Counted from the first letter of the stretch, positions 29,231 to 40,359 are shown. The stretch is 64,000 nucleotides of DNA from an uncultured virus (IMG/VR IMGVR_UViG_3300042317_001647) (IMGVR_UViG_3300042317_001647:1-64000), one strand, 5' to 3'. Translations and numbers: made by a program. Notes: a model not told the origin generated them from the sequence alone.

Positions 29231-32200
29231 TTCTAAAGGAAGCATTTTACTCAGACGTGGTCCAACTACTGATAGACTAGCATTTTGCCCATTGGCAGGC
29301 GAAATAATCTATGATACCACATTAAAACAAATATTCGTTGGCGATGGCGCTACTTATGGTGGGTTACCAGTTGGCTCTGGTAGTGGATCAGGTGGTGGAT
29401 CTGGATCTGGGGGAGCTAGCGGTGCTAGCGGTGCTAGTGGTGCATCTGGGTCAACTGGGTCTAATGAGCTAACACCTGAAAATATTCTAGCACTATTATC
29501 GGGCAAGATAACCGAAACACATTTGTATAAAGATTTACATGATCGAATTAATTTAATTGATGGCGATTATACATTAGCAAATAGTGTTGCATCTCGCATA
29601 AAAATAGTAGCAGATAATGTCACCTCACTGGTTAATACATATGCCACATTATCTGATTCATTACTTGAAGAATCACAAACTCGCGCAACTGAAATATTAA
29701 ATGAAGCAACTAATAGAAGAGCAGCGATTGATGCAGAAAAATTAATTAGACAAAACAGCTATGAATCATTAGCGTCTGATATAACAACCATACATTCATC
29801 CCTTGCTGGCAATGCTAGTGCTATTGAACAAGAATCAATATCAAGAACTACCGCGACTACTGCATTAGCTTCTGATATTACAACAGTCGCAACAAGATTA
29901 AACAATTTCAATAATTCTGGGTTTACCGCCGAAGCATTTGTATCTAATGAAAGTACTGCCCGAATAGCAGGAGATACCGCAATTGCGAGTGATTTATCAA
30001 CATTGGGGGTGAATGTTGGGAATATGTCATCATCAATAGTTAATCTTTCACAAGTAACCCAAGCACAAGCCACAGAATTGTCTCAACTGTTGGCCAGGGT
30101 TGGTACAAATGAATCTGCAATTACTGATGTTAGTACTACCACTGCAGCACAAGCGCAAACATTAAATAATTTATTAACAAGAACAACTAACGCTGAATCT
30201 AGTATATCAAGTCTTAATACTACAGTAGCCGAACAAGCACAGACATTTACAAGTCTGTTATCAAGAACTGCTAACGCTGAATCTAGTATATCAAGTCTTA
30301 ATACTGCTTCTGCAACCCAAGCTGAATCCCTTGGACAAATGCTGACCAAAGTTGATAACATGCAATCAGCTATTACGTCCATTAATACCACTACTGCAAA
30401 TTATTCTAGCACACTCAATCAACTAGTAACAACATCAGAATCCAATAGTTCACAGATTACTACTCTTGCGTTAACTAATGCAGATATGGCAGATTTAGTC
30501 ACACAGATTAGTTCCAGATTGAATGGTGTTGATAACACCGATGCAACTATTGAGCAAAAGTTCACTACCGTTTCCGAAGACATTAGTAGTTTATATGCAC
30601 AATATACATTAAAAGTTGATGTTAATGGTAGGATTTCTGGGTTTGGATTGGCATCATCTGCAACAGAATCGGCGTTTGGTGTTAATGCCGACACATTTTG
30701 GATTTCGGCACCGACTACATTTTCATCACCAACCACTCCAGTATCACCTAACAACGGCGATACTTGGTTCAATTCGACTACCAAACATACCTATTTATAT
30801 AATGGCATTTCGTGGGATTTATTCAACCCAATCGTACCATTCGTTGTACAAACCACACCAACTACCATTAATGGTGTGTTAATTGATCCTGGTATTTACA
30901 TGGATAGTGCGTATATCCAGAATGCTTCAATAACTAATGCTCATATTGGCGAATATATCCAATCTGAAAACTATTCTGATAGTGGAACATTTTCAGGTTG
31001 GCGTATTGATAAAAGCGGTACTGCTATCTTTAATTCTATTATTATTAAAGATAGTGATGGTAATGTAACAATGGCAAGCGGTGGTGCCGCATGGGATTAT
31101 ATATATGGCACTGGTAAACCACAAAGTAATGCCACCAGAAATGTATATGTTGGCTTCTGGGAACCATCACATAATTATTCAGTTGGGGATATTGTCACCG
31201 ACAATGCTGGTTATAGTTGGATATGTACGGCTAATCATAATTCAAACCTATCCAATCATATTTTACCTATATTACCGGCGCAATCTAATTCATTTTGGAC
31301 TACATCTGGCTCTAAATCACTGGATGCTATTAGTGTAATAAATCCTAATCAATCTCACACACTATCAGCTTATTCAGATGGTACAGTACCAACTGAATCT
31401 TATATTGATTCTGGAACATCACTAACAGTTTTTGAAGGGACCATTAAGTTAGAATACGACGGAACTGGTACCACCGCTGGCACATGGCGGGTTGAAACAA
31501 TATCAACAAACATAACAGTTGGTAGTTTAATTGATTCTGGTGATTATGTCACGGTTGGGTATCATTCTGGCATGGCTGCTAATATTAATAGTGCATCAAT
31601 AACATATACTATTATTGGTAAACGAATGAATGGGGACGATTTTTCAATCATCACCAATCAATCATTTAGTAAATCAAAGGCTGGCACAACTGCAGTTATT
31701 CCTCCATCATATTCCATAGAAACCGATGCCGCCGTTATTGTCAAAAGTGCAGCAGATGCAGTTAGTGAAGGTAACTACACGCCAATTACCATTTACGGAA
31801 AAATGACGGATAATGCTGCATATACAACATCATATTACGGATGGATTACAGTTACTCCAAATAATGGGGTTGAAGCAACCACTGCAATTGATGTATCAAC
31901 ATCGCCCTATGTCTTAACGTTACCAAGTAATTCGAATGCATCCAGTGTTACTGTAAAATTGTACAATCAAAGTGTTATATCCGGGGCGGTTTTATTAGAT
32001 TCACAGACTATTAATGTAGTATTTAATGGCAAAAATGGCGAGGCTTATTTGTTGATTATTGAATCAACAAATGGCACAGAATTTCGGGTTGGTCAATCAA
32101 AAACATCAACGTTAAAAGCACATTTATTTTTAAATGGCGTTGATGTAACAGAAATTACTCCTGCTAGTTGGTTTAGATGGCGGCGTGTTTCAGTTATTCC

Positions 32201-32330
32201 AAAAGAAATTCCAAATGATGATGAAACTTGGAATGCCGCATATAATAGCGGATACAAGCAAATTTTCATAAATATAGATGACGTAAATTCACAAGCAAGT
32301 TTTTTCTGTGACATTGTGAATCCAACCTAA
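29220..32330 (+). CDS. Tail fibre/tail-tip protein with long coiled coil and gpJ-like (DUF1983-type) region
   Basis: LLRRG...GEIIYDT N-terminus; heptad repeats; AQYTLKVDVNGRISGFGL; YMDSAYIQNASITNAHIG. Confidence 0.7.
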   Translation: MTTNSKGSILLRRGPTTDRLAFCPLAGEIIYDTTLKQIFVGDGATYGGLPVGSGSGSGGGSGSGGASGASGASGASGSTGSNELTPENILALLSGKITETHLYKDLHDRINLIDGDYTLANSVASRIKIVADNVTSLVNTYATLSDSLLEESQTRATEILNEATNRRAAIDAEKLIRQNSYESLASDITTIHSSLAGNASAIEQESISRTTATTALASDITTVATRLNNFNNSGFTAEAFVSNESTARIAGDTAIASDLSTLGVNVGNMSSSIVNLSQVTQAQATELSQLLARVGTNESAITDVSTTTAAQAQTLNNLLTRTTNAESSISSLNTTVAEQAQTFTSLLSRTANAESSISSLNTASATQAESLGQMLTKVDNMQSAITSINTTTANYSSTLNQLVTTSESNSSQITTLALTNADMADLVTQISSRLNGVDNTDATIEQKFTTVSEDISSLYAQYTLKVDVNGRISGFGLASSATESAFGVNADTFWISAPTTFSSPTTPVSPNNGDTWFNSTTKHTYLYNGISWDLFNPIVPFVVQTTPTTINGVLIDPGIYMDSAYIQNASITNAHIGEYIQSENYSDSGTFSGWRIDKSGTAIFNSIIIKDSDGNVTMASGGAAWDYIYGTGKPQSNATRNVYVGFWEPSHNYSVGDIVTDNAGYSWICTANHNSNLSNHILPILPAQSNSFWTTSGSKSLDAISVINPNQSHTLSAYSDGTVPTESYIDSGTSLTVFEGTIKLEYDGTGTTAGTWRVETISTNITVGSLIDSGDYVTVGYHSGMAANINSASITYTIIGKRMNGDDFSIITNQSFSKSKAGTTAVIPPSYSIETDAAVIVKSAADAVSEGNYTPITIYGKMTDNAAYTTSYYGWITVTPNNGVEATTAIDVSTSPYVLTLPSNSNASSVTVKLYNQSVISGAVLLDSQTINVVFNGKNGEAYLLIIESTNGTEFRVGQSKTSTLKAHLFLNGVDVTEITPASWFRWRRVSVIPKEIPNDDETWNAAYNSGYKQIFINIDDVNSQASFFCDIVNPT

Positions 32331-32353
32331 ATAAAAATAGAGGACATATATAC

Positions 32354-33826
32354 ATGGCAACATTAGTTTCAACTGGTCAAATTACCATTGTAGATAATAA
32401 CGATGCACGTTCTATCGCTGCATACTTATCTTCAAGTGGTGGGACTCAACAAATTTTTACAAAAGATGAAAGTACACTTTCATTTACTCCAAACTATTCT
32501 TCTTCTGCACTTACGATTACTCCAGTAATTAGTATTTCTGGATTAACTACAGCAGAAGTATGGGCTGCATTAACCAATAAACAATTTGCACTTACTCAAG
32601 GTGGTGCCGCATTAACTACTGCTTCGACCTCAACCAGTTTTGTTAATAATTCATATGTTGTCGTTAATGCCCCATTTACAATCACACCCGGTGCAGCCGG
32701 TGCTACCACTTCATCCACTTTTGTACTCGGTGCTAATTTACTAGATACCGTTGGCACATTTACTGTGTTTTTCGATGCAGATTACTATGATGCACGTACC
32801 ACATTAACTACACATATCACATGCAGTATCACATTGAATACAGTGAAAACTGGTACTAATGCTGTTTATATTATGACACGTGGATCCAATAGTATTGAAA
32901 AATCAACAACCTCATCTAAATCAAATACTGCCATTTCGGTTGACCTTATTCGCGCAGGTGGGGTGGTTGATACATCTGGGATTACTTATAAGTGGTACGA
33001 AAATAACGGTGGTACCTTGATTGATGCTACACTAGCTAACGTTGGCACAGAATATGGCTTTAAAACAGTTGCATCACCTACCATTCCTACTGGATCTTTA
33101 GCGGAGTTAAACGTAAATATCCCAGCTGCTGGTGCATCTACAACCTATAATACGTTAGTAATTAATGAAAATGCAGTTACTAAAATTGGTATATATCGAG
33201 TTGATGTCACTGACTCTGATTCTAAAACTTATTCAACTTATTTTACAATTTATGATGTATCTGATCCGTATACCTGTACTATCAATTCTGATTCAGGTGA
33301 CAAATTACAGAATGGTAAAGGCAGCACCAATTTAACACCATCAGTTTGGTATGGCGATTCTGCTGTAACATTAACTGGATGGTCTTTTACTTGGTATTTT
33401 TGGGATAAAAATGGTAAACGTGGCGCTTTTATTGATACTAGCAAAATATCAACCGCAGGTGGTGCACCAATCACCGGTGTTGCAACACCAGGCAACTCTG
33501 CTGTAATTAGCTATTCTGGTACATCTTATGCTTTTGCAGCTGGTGATATTATTAAATGTGTAGCAGCAGATGGTAGTGCTTATTTTTATGAAGTTGCATC
33601 TAGTACCACTAATGCCGTCACTATCAGAACCCCATCTACAAATTCATCATGGTTAAGTTTCACTAATTTCCCAGCGCCTTCATCTACTACAACATTTAGT
33701 GGTGGTAAATTATACGGCTGTGTCACAGGTGGTACTAGAACAACTTCCGCAGGTGCTTCGATAACTTTGTCAGGTGACGAAGTAGATTTCAAATCCAGAA
33801 TCACCGTGGATGCAAACAGACCATAA
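32354..33826 (+). CDS. Tail-associated structural protein
   Basis: STGQITIVDNND N-terminus, Ig-like beta-rich, LQNGKGSTNL. Confidence 0.6.
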   Translation: MATLVSTGQITIVDNNDARSIAAYLSSSGGTQQIFTKDESTLSFTPNYSSSALTITPVISISGLTTAEVWAALTNKQFALTQGGAALTTASTSTSFVNNSYVVVNAPFTITPGAAGATTSSTFVLGANLLDTVGTFTVFFDADYYDARTTLTTHITCSITLNTVKTGTNAVYIMTRGSNSIEKSTTSSKSNTAISVDLIRAGGVVDTSGITYKWYENNGGTLIDATLANVGTEYGFKTVASPTIPTGSLAELNVNIPAAGASTTYNTLVINENAVTKIGIYRVDVTDSDSKTYSTYFTIYDVSDPYTCTINSDSGDKLQNGKGSTNLTPSVWYGDSAVTLTGWSFTWYFWDKNGKRGAFIDTSKISTAGGAPITGVATPGNSAVISYSGTSYAFAAGDIIKCVAADGSAYFYEVASSTTNAVTIRTPSTNSSWLSFTNFPAPSSTTTFSGGKLYGCVTGGTRTTSAGASITLSGDEVDFKSRITVDANRP

Positions 33827-33834
33827 GGATATAC

Positions 33835-36800
33835 ATGGCAACAAAAGTTTCAAGTGGCGAAATTACAATAGTTGATGTCAATGATGGTGGCAGTTTTTAT
33901 ACTGCCACAGTTTATGCTCAACAAGTTGGTCAACCAGACACACCATCAGGGGGTTCTTATAATTTTAGCACACAAGTGTTAACCGTACCAACTGATCCAA
34001 ATCCAGCAACTAACCCATCCACCGGTGCTACAATCTGGTCAGCGTCAATTCCAACATCTACCACTACGCCAACATGGGCTGCAACTTATACATTTAGTAT
34101 AATACCACCCAATACATCTAGTACTGGTGGAACATGGGGGACACCGGTATTGTTTGTTGTTAATGGCACTAATGGAACGAATGGCACTAATGGGATTTCA
34201 GCGATATTATCAAACGAATCATTTACATTTCCAGCAACCTCTACCGGAGTAGTAGGTTCGTACACTGGGTCTGGTACTAATGTTTATGTGTACGAAGGCG
34301 CAACCCAATTATCATATGACGGGGTTGGCACCTCTGCTGGAACATGGACTGTTACATCCACTGCTACTAATATAACAAGAGGATCTTTAACTGATTCTGG
34401 TACTTATTTAACAGTAGGTGATCATTCAGGCGTGGCTAATAATATTGATACCTCTAGTATTACATATACCATAACTGGCAAATCTGCTAGTAATACTGCC
34501 TTTACAATTGTCAAATCACAAACATTTAGTAAATCTAAAGCAGGCACGGATGGCCAATCTGGATTAGGCTCTACTGTTTCTATCACATCTAACCGTGAAG
34601 TTTCATTTACTGCAACCGATGGCACAATAGATGCTGGACAGGCTGATATTATTTTCACAGCAAATATTATCAATATGACTAGCCCAATTTATTCTTGGAC
34701 ATTTTCTGGATTTCAAACTGCACCTTCTAATAGTGGCACATCATCACAAACGATATCTGCTACACATTTTGGAACTTCAAAATCAGCAAAAGTCACTGTT
34801 ACGGTAACTTATAATAGTCAAACCTACACGGATGATTATACAATAGTTAGATTAGAAAAATCATCTGCGGCGGCTGGTGCAACTGTCGGTGCCACTTGGG
34901 GCACTAACATCTCAGGACAACCCAGTAATGATTTGATGTTCAATAACCTTCAAACAGATACTTGGATTGTTGGTCAAACTCCTCCTTGGCTTTTTATTGG
35001 AGCTGCTACAGAAAATTCCATAGAGTATGACACAAATCAAACAGGCACTCGTGTTCCTGTCTGGAAATGTACATCTAACGGTGACAATGCTGCTGACGGT
35101 GGCTGGAATGCTGATGCAAATGCCGGTAAAAATTGGTTTAAAGTCGATAAAAATAAATCATATAGATTTGCGGTTCCCGTCAAAATAACAAGTGGCACTA
35201 CTGGTTCATATTATTGGGGTATTGGTGGAGATACAGTTTGTGCTTTAAACACAAGTAATAAAGATAGTAATCCTTATTTTGTTTATGGGCAACGCGTTGG
35301 TCTCGTGGCAAATCGTTGGTATTTGTTGGTTGGTTATGTGTTTCCGGCTGGAAGTACGGGGAACACCAATGCTGGTTCAGGTATATTCGATTTGACCACA
35401 GGTGAACTGATCGCTGAAAGATGGAATTATTGTTGGGCAAGTGATGTTGAATACACAGGCACTCGTGCTTATCAGTTTTACTGTGGAACTGCAGGAGAAA
35501 CACAAGTATTTGGTTATCCTGTTGTTGAAGTTGTGGATGGCACAGAAAGTAAATTGTTTGACAATCTTGGTTATTCTGCGTTACTAAATGCACAGCAAAA
35601 ATGGTCTGATGTACAAAATAATGATGGTAAAAGACCTGCTGATTATGCGGATGTAACTAACTACAATGACACAAGAGTTTCAAATGTTATTGAAGAAAAT
35701 AGTACTTTGTTTGTTGCTCGTCCTATCGGGGCTAGTTATAATTCAAATCAAGGTGCTGTCACGGGCATGATCAGAATTATATTGCCGCAAGGTTTCACTG
35801 ATACTATGATGAAATTCACGGTGAATGTCTATACCTATAGTTCTGATAAATCATTTAGTTTAAATTTAGCAGGCTATAACTATCAAGATAATGGTACTTG
35901 GTACAACACAGAAGCCAATTTAATAGGTTCAACTGCAGCAGATAATCGCGTCCGCTTTGGCTATGATTCCACACTGGGTAAATGTTGTATTTATATCGGT
36001 GAACCTACCAGCTCTTGGAGTTATCCAAAAGTAATGGTTAAAGACTTTATTGCTGGGTATTCAAACTTTGCACGAAGCGTATGGGAAACAGGTTGGGTGA
36101 TTGATATTGTTACTTCTACACCGCAACTTGTAACTCAAGATTACGCTGATGCTTTGATTGATGCTGCTAGTATTAGAAACCAAGGATCATTGGCCACAAA
36201 ATCTAATGTTGATTATTCCTCTGAGATAACAAATTTACCTGGGTTAGGTGTTAATAGATTAGTCAATACTGATTTCAAAGGCATTACAGGTTGGTTTCAA
36301 GGTTGGAATCCGGGAGGTGCAAATATAGTCAATTTCAATGATTCTACTACTATTTGGGGGGTTGATGCGTATTGGAGACCGAAAGGCGGCAATGCTCTTG
36401 CTATAGAACAAGATGGTATAGGTTCAAACGATATAGCAATTGATATTTATAATGGTGGTACTTGGGGCACTAATGACCAACGCATAGCAGTTAAGCCTAA
36501 TACCAAATATGAATTTTCAGCCAGGATTGCTGCACACAGATGTATCGGCATCGAAATGTATGTAGCTGTATATAATTCAAACGGGGATAATATAAGTAAT
36601 TGGTCACTACCTTATAGTTCTTGGTATGTACCAGCTACGGGTGGTACGGACTTAAGTAATTATACACAATACTCAATCTTCTTTATATCAGACCCAACCG
36701 CAGCTTATGTACAACCCTATTTCAGAAAAGGTAATACCCAAGCTGGTCAAGCTGACAGTTGGATGTGGATAACACAACCTTATTTCGGCGAAGCTGCTCC

Positions 36801-37449
36801 AAGTCAGACCACAGCAAGTGCCTATGTACCAGGAGCTCCAGCAGGTGCTTTTGCAAACTTAAATCAAATCAATTCCACTAATGTAATCACTTATATTGCT
36901 AATGCTGCTATTAATTCTGCGCAGATAGAGAATGCAGCCATCACACAAGCCAAGATAGGAGATGCTGCTATCGGTAATGCACAAATAGATAGAGCTTCTG
37001 TTAATAAACTTAAAGTAGTAACTGCCGATATTGTTGATGCTAGTGTAGAAACATTGAAGATTGCGGGTAATGCAGTTACTGTGCCAATGAACGCTTATAC
37101 AATATCATCGATTGGTCTGGTTAAAGGAATTTGGACAACAGTGCAGACACTTACCATACCAGTGTTGAGCACTACAGAAACTACATCTTTAATTATACCT
37201 TTTGGTTTATGTTACACCGTAGATTATGGGCCGTTTATTGTTAGATTGTTAAGTGGAGACATTGTTTTATATGAGGCTTGGTGGCTTAATGGTTATAGCT
37301 TTGCTGGGGGGCTGCAAGGAAATGCAAATATAAATTATACGCTGCCAGCTAACACCTCTAAAACACTTACATTATCAGTTTTAACGAATGGAGATTATAA
37401 TGGTAATGCAGATAATAGGTATATAAGCTGCCTTGGAGCAAGAAGATAA
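33835..37449 (+). CDS. Tail fibre / receptor-binding protein
   Basis: SSGEITIVDVND N-terminus; segment repeated from 29220..32330; IANAAINSAQI...LKIAGNAVTVP. Confidence 0.7.
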   Translation: MATKVSSGEITIVDVNDGGSFYTATVYAQQVGQPDTPSGGSYNFSTQVLTVPTDPNPATNPSTGATIWSASIPTSTTTPTWAATYTFSIIPPNTSSTGGTWGTPVLFVVNGTNGTNGTNGISAILSNESFTFPATSTGVVGSYTGSGTNVYVYEGATQLSYDGVGTSAGTWTVTSTATNITRGSLTDSGTYLTVGDHSGVANNIDTSSITYTITGKSASNTAFTIVKSQTFSKSKAGTDGQSGLGSTVSITSNREVSFTATDGTIDAGQADIIFTANIINMTSPIYSWTFSGFQTAPSNSGTSSQTISATHFGTSKSAKVTVTVTYNSQTYTDDYTIVRLEKSSAAAGATVGATWGTNISGQPSNDLMFNNLQTDTWIVGQTPPWLFIGAATENSIEYDTNQTGTRVPVWKCTSNGDNAADGGWNADANAGKNWFKVDKNKSYRFAVPVKITSGTTGSYYWGIGGDTVCALNTSNKDSNPYFVYGQRVGLVANRWYLLVGYVFPAGSTGNTNAGSGIFDLTTGELIAERWNYCWASDVEYTGTRAYQFYCGTAGETQVFGYPVVEVVDGTESKLFDNLGYSALLNAQQKWSDVQNNDGKRPADYADVTNYNDTRVSNVIEENSTLFVARPIGASYNSNQGAVTGMIRIILPQGFTDTMMKFTVNVYTYSSDKSFSLNLAGYNYQDNGTWYNTEANLIGSTAADNRVRFGYDSTLGKCCIYIGEPTSSWSYPKVMVKDFIAGYSNFARSVWETGWVIDIVTSTPQLVTQDYADALIDAASIRNQGSLATKSNVDYSSEITNLPGLGVNRLVNTDFKGITGWFQGWNPGGANIVNFNDSTTIWGVDAYWRPKGGNALAIEQDGIGSNDIAIDIYNGGTWGTNDQRIAVKPNTKYEFSARIAAHRCIGIEMYVAVYNSNGDNISNWSLPYSSWYVPATGGTDLSNYTQYSIFFISDPTAAYVQPYFRKGNTQAGQADSWMWITQPYFGEAAPSQTTASAYVPGAPAGAFANLNQINSTNVITYIANAAINSAQIENAAITQAKIGDAAIGNAQIDRASVNKLKVVTADIVDASVETLKIAGNAVTVPMNAYTISSIGLVKGIWTTVQTLTIPVLSTTETTSLIIPFGLCYTVDYGPFIVRLLSGDIVLYEAWWLNGYSFAGGLQGNANINYTLPANTSKTLTLSVLTNGDYNGNADNRYISCLGARR

Positions 37450-37868
37450 TGCAAGCAATTTATTACAATCAAAATGGCCAAATATTGCGCCAAGTAGATG
37501 CACCAGAAGAATATCTCATTCTTCAAAAACAAGAAGGAGAGTTTATACTCTTTGGGGAAGCTAATGATGCGACTCAATATATAGACGTTGAAACCGCAGA
37601 AATCCGAGATATACCACCAAAACTCAACGATTACAGCGAATTCAACTGGCAAACAAAACAATGGGAAGATGACCCTGCGACTGCTAAACGCCAGGTATTG
37701 AGTAAGAGGCAGCAATTACTATCAATGAGTGACTGGACAGACACGGTATCAGCATCTACAAGATTAGAAAACTACAACGAGTGGCAAACATACCGTCAAG
37801 CACTTCGAGATATTACCTTGCAAGAAAAATACCCATTTGAAATTATCTGGCCGGAGAAACCAGCATGA
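37449..37868 (+). CDS. Tail fibre assembly chaperone
   Basis: R..LL..SDW, WQTYRQALRDI, WPEKP. Confidence 0.85.
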   Translation: MQAIYYNQNGQILRQVDAPEEYLILQKQEGEFILFGEANDATQYIDVETAEIRDIPPKLNDYSEFNWQTKQWEDDPATAKRQVLSKRQQLLSMSDWTDTVSASTRLENYNEWQTYRQALRDITLQEKYPFEIIWPEKPA

Positions 37869-38155
37869 CCGGTATTGTAAGAAAAAATGTCGATAATCAC
37901 AATGGCCATTCTGGGCACCCAGGGCCTTATCATAAAACATTCTATAACACTGGTAGTCCTAATGTTTTTGTGAATAATGAATCCGCAGTTAGAGTAGGTG
38001 ATTCACTCACATGCGGCGACCAAGCTAAAGATGGGAGCAGTAATGTATTCATTAATAACAAACCAGTGCATAGACAAAATGACCAGACAACCGGACACGG
38101 TACGTGGGATCCGTCATTTGCATTAACTGGCAGTCCCAATGTATTTGCAAATTAA
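37865..38155 (+). CDS. PAAR-repeat spike-tip protein
   Basis: GSPNVFVN...VRVGD, CGD, GSSNVFIN; His/Cys metal ligands. Confidence 0.85.
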   Translation: MTGIVRKNVDNHNGHSGHPGPYHKTFYNTGSPNVFVNNESAVRVGDSLTCGDQAKDGSSNVFINNKPVHRQNDQTTGHGTWDPSFALTGSPNVFAN

Positions 38156-38164
38156 TTTTTTCTA

Positions 38165-38193
38165 TTGACAGAATTGATTTACATTGATATAAT
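38165..38193 (+). promoter_or_regulatory. sigma70-type promoter
   Basis: TTGACA-17-TATAAT. Confidence 0.85.
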
Positions 38194-38221
38194 TGTTTTT
38201 TCAATTTTTTAGGATCAAACA

Positions 38222-38593
38222 ATGTCCAAATTAGCATCATTACCAGTAGTGTTCGTAACACCAATCAATCTTAACAAGGGTAAAACAGCTGGTATTCAAT
38301 ACACAGATAATGAGTTTAGATTAGAAAGCGAAAAACGGTCTGAAAAAATCAACGAGCTATTTACCCACATCGAGACCAATGTTAATGAGAACTCTTCAAT
38401 TTTGTTATACAAAGAAGATGTGAAACGGTTGGCTGACCAATTATCAGGTAGATCAAAATCATCAAAAGAAATCTTTGATTCTATTAAACAACGTTTAAGA
38501 GCTAACTATCATGTTCTCAAATTAACGTTTGACCCAAGAACATTGCAGTTTAACGGCGTGAAAACTGCATTCATTGTACATAAAGTATCATAA
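38222..38593 (+). CDS. Hypothetical early protein
   Basis: AGGA SD, follows promoter. Confidence 0.65.
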   Translation: MSKLASLPVVFVTPINLNKGKTAGIQYTDNEFRLESEKRSEKINELFTHIETNVNENSSILLYKEDVKRLADQLSGRSKSSKEIFDSIKQRLRANYHVLKLTFDPRTLQFNGVKTAFIVHKVS

Positions 38594-38639
38594 AATTACG
38601 CAGGCATATATGGTAAATACTATACCATATGGAAAGTGT

Positions 38640-38858
38640 ATGAAACTTTTAATAAAAACACCATTTGAACTCGATGTAGAATTAGTTGACATGATGCCCA
38701 AATACTTGAAATTTAATAGTAATTGGGTATCTATTCAAACAATAGATATCGCCGATGATGAGATGACGGTACTTATATCCATGTTAAAATTCAGTTCTAA
38801 TAACTTCAAATCTAATCAACTTATTAAACTGGATGATTTAACATTAATTTGGGGTTGA
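38640..38858 (+). CDS. Hypothetical protein (start uncertain)
   Basis: ORF in operon context. Confidence 0.45.
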   Translation: MKLLIKTPFELDVELVDMMPKYLKFNSNWVSIQTIDIADDEMTVLISMLKFSSNNFKSNQLIKLDDLTLIWG

Positions 38859-38883
38859 CATCCATTTGCATTAATAGTACAAT
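38855..38883 (+). promoter_or_regulatory. sigma70-type promoter
   Basis: TTGACA-17-TACAAT. Confidence 0.75.
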
Positions 38884-38946
38884 GTCTTTTCAGTTAACGC
38901 TAAATACATAGTAACAAAATTAAGTTTCTAACGAAATAAGATAGTT

Positions 38947-39154
38947 GGGTTGAATTAAGATGTATCAACCCCGCGAGTCTTGGCCAATAAGAAACCCGAA
39001 AGTCGGGAAGCCATACTCGCCAAAGGCATAATATGTGACAGATATTATGGCTGATGGAGAAAACGCCAGTGACACAGGGTTTAAATCCTTGGCAGTTATC
39101 TCCCTTAATGTAATGTATCGCTATTGTAGGATACACCAAGTGAAAGGAGAAAAA
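38947..39154 (+). ncRNA. Candidate structured 5' leader RNA of rlpA
   Basis: At least five consecutive stem-loops, GC-richer than flanks. Confidence 0.5.
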
Positions 39155-39613
39155 ATGAAATATTCACTTTTATCACTAATCTTAATGATTAGTTTAGTTT
39201 CGTTTGCGGTAGAAGCAAAAGGGCATGTTGCTCACCATTCTACTGCTAAAAAAGTTAGTCACACAAATGTGAAAAAAGCTGTGAAAAAGACAGCAATCAA
39301 GAATAAGAAAGAACCTATTAAAAAACCTGCTAAAAACGTTGGATTAGCATCTTTCTATGGAAGAAAATTCCATGGCAGACCAACTGCATCCGGGGAGATT
39401 TTTAATCAATATGCAATGACAGCAGCACATCGATCATACCCATTGCAAAGTAAAGTAAAGGTAACTAACCTGAAAAATAAAAAATCAGTTGTTGTTAGGA
39501 TAAATGATAGAGGCCCATGGGTCAAGAATAGAATTATGGATTTATCAAAAAGTGCTGCAGTTGCACTAAATATCAGCGGAGTTGAAAAAGTTTCATTAAA
39601 CTTACTGAATTAG
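39155..39613 (+). CDS. rlpA: RlpA-like lytic transglycosylase (DPBB) with signal peptide
   Basis: [43 protein letters not shown] before ATG 39155. Confidence 0.9.
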   Translation: MKYSLLSLILMISLVSFAVEAKGHVAHHSTAKKVSHTNVKKAVKKTAIKNKKEPIKKPAKNVGLASFYGRKFHGRPTASGEIFNQYAMTAAHRSYPLQSKVKVTNLKNKKSVVVRINDRGPWVKNRIMDLSKSAAVALNISGVEKVSLNLLN

Positions 39614-39690
39614 CTTTGGTATTATAAATAATATGAATACATCACTAGAAAATATTTTCTAGTGATTATTTTCTTATATTAGAAGGTAAA

Positions 39691-40119
39691 ATGAATTTAG
39701 GTAAAATTACAATAATTACCCCACCAGATAAAATTTTCAATCTTAACGTAAGCTACTTGTTGGTCAGTCCATCTATGCACGTTAAACAGCAATTCCAATC
39801 GATCCTGAGCAAAAGTATCGATGATTTAAACGTGTTTATTTATGAACACGATGAATCAGATATTGATTGGTTATTGAGTGTATCACATATGGTTGATGTC
39901 GTAATCATAGATGTAGATACATGTAATCAATTAACCAGATCGTTTGTATCTTTCCTGTTAGCACAACCTAATGTATTTTATATTACATCGGATGAATTAA
40001 CACCATATAATTTAATTTCAAAAAACAGGATTTACAATTTGGATTGGGTAGCTGAAGAATTAAACAATGACATCAATGAAGGAGAAGATGACGATTATGA
40101 TGATCAACAGGAAGACTAG
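39691..40119 (+). CDS. Hypothetical phage protein with acidic tail
   Basis: Clean ORF. Confidence 0.6.
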   Translation: MNLGKITIITPPDKIFNLNVSYLLVSPSMHVKQQFQSILSKSIDDLNVFIYEHDESDIDWLLSVSHMVDVVIIDVDTCNQLTRSFVSFLLAQPNVFYITSDELTPYNLISKNRIYNLDWVAEELNNDINEGEDDDYDDQQED

Positions 40120-40327
40120 AACAGGTGTTGTTATCAAAGAAACCGATAATATCAACCAGGCTCTTCGTAAATTTAAAAAGAAAGTAGAAGAATCAGGCAA
40201 ATTAGAAGACCTACGTGCCAAAGAATATTATGAGAAACCAACAACCGAACGCAAACGGGCTAAAGGCGCAGCAAAGGCACGATTAAAGAAAAAACTTCAA
40301 AAAGAAGCATTACCTAAAAAAAGATAA
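40097..40327 (+). CDS. rpsU: Ribosomal protein bS21
   Basis: NINQALRKFKKK...EYYEKPTTERKR. Confidence 0.9.
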   Translation: MMINRKTRTGVVIKETDNINQALRKFKKKVEESGKLEDLRAKEYYEKPTTERKRAKGAAKARLKKKLQKEALPKKR

Positions 40328-40328
40328 C

Positions 40329-40357
40329 AAAAGGGGGAATTAAATTCCCCCTTTTTT
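40329..40357 (+). terminator. Intrinsic terminator
   Basis: AAAAGGGGGAAT-TAA-ATTCCCCCTTTTTT. Confidence 0.8.
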
Positions 40358-40359
40358 AG

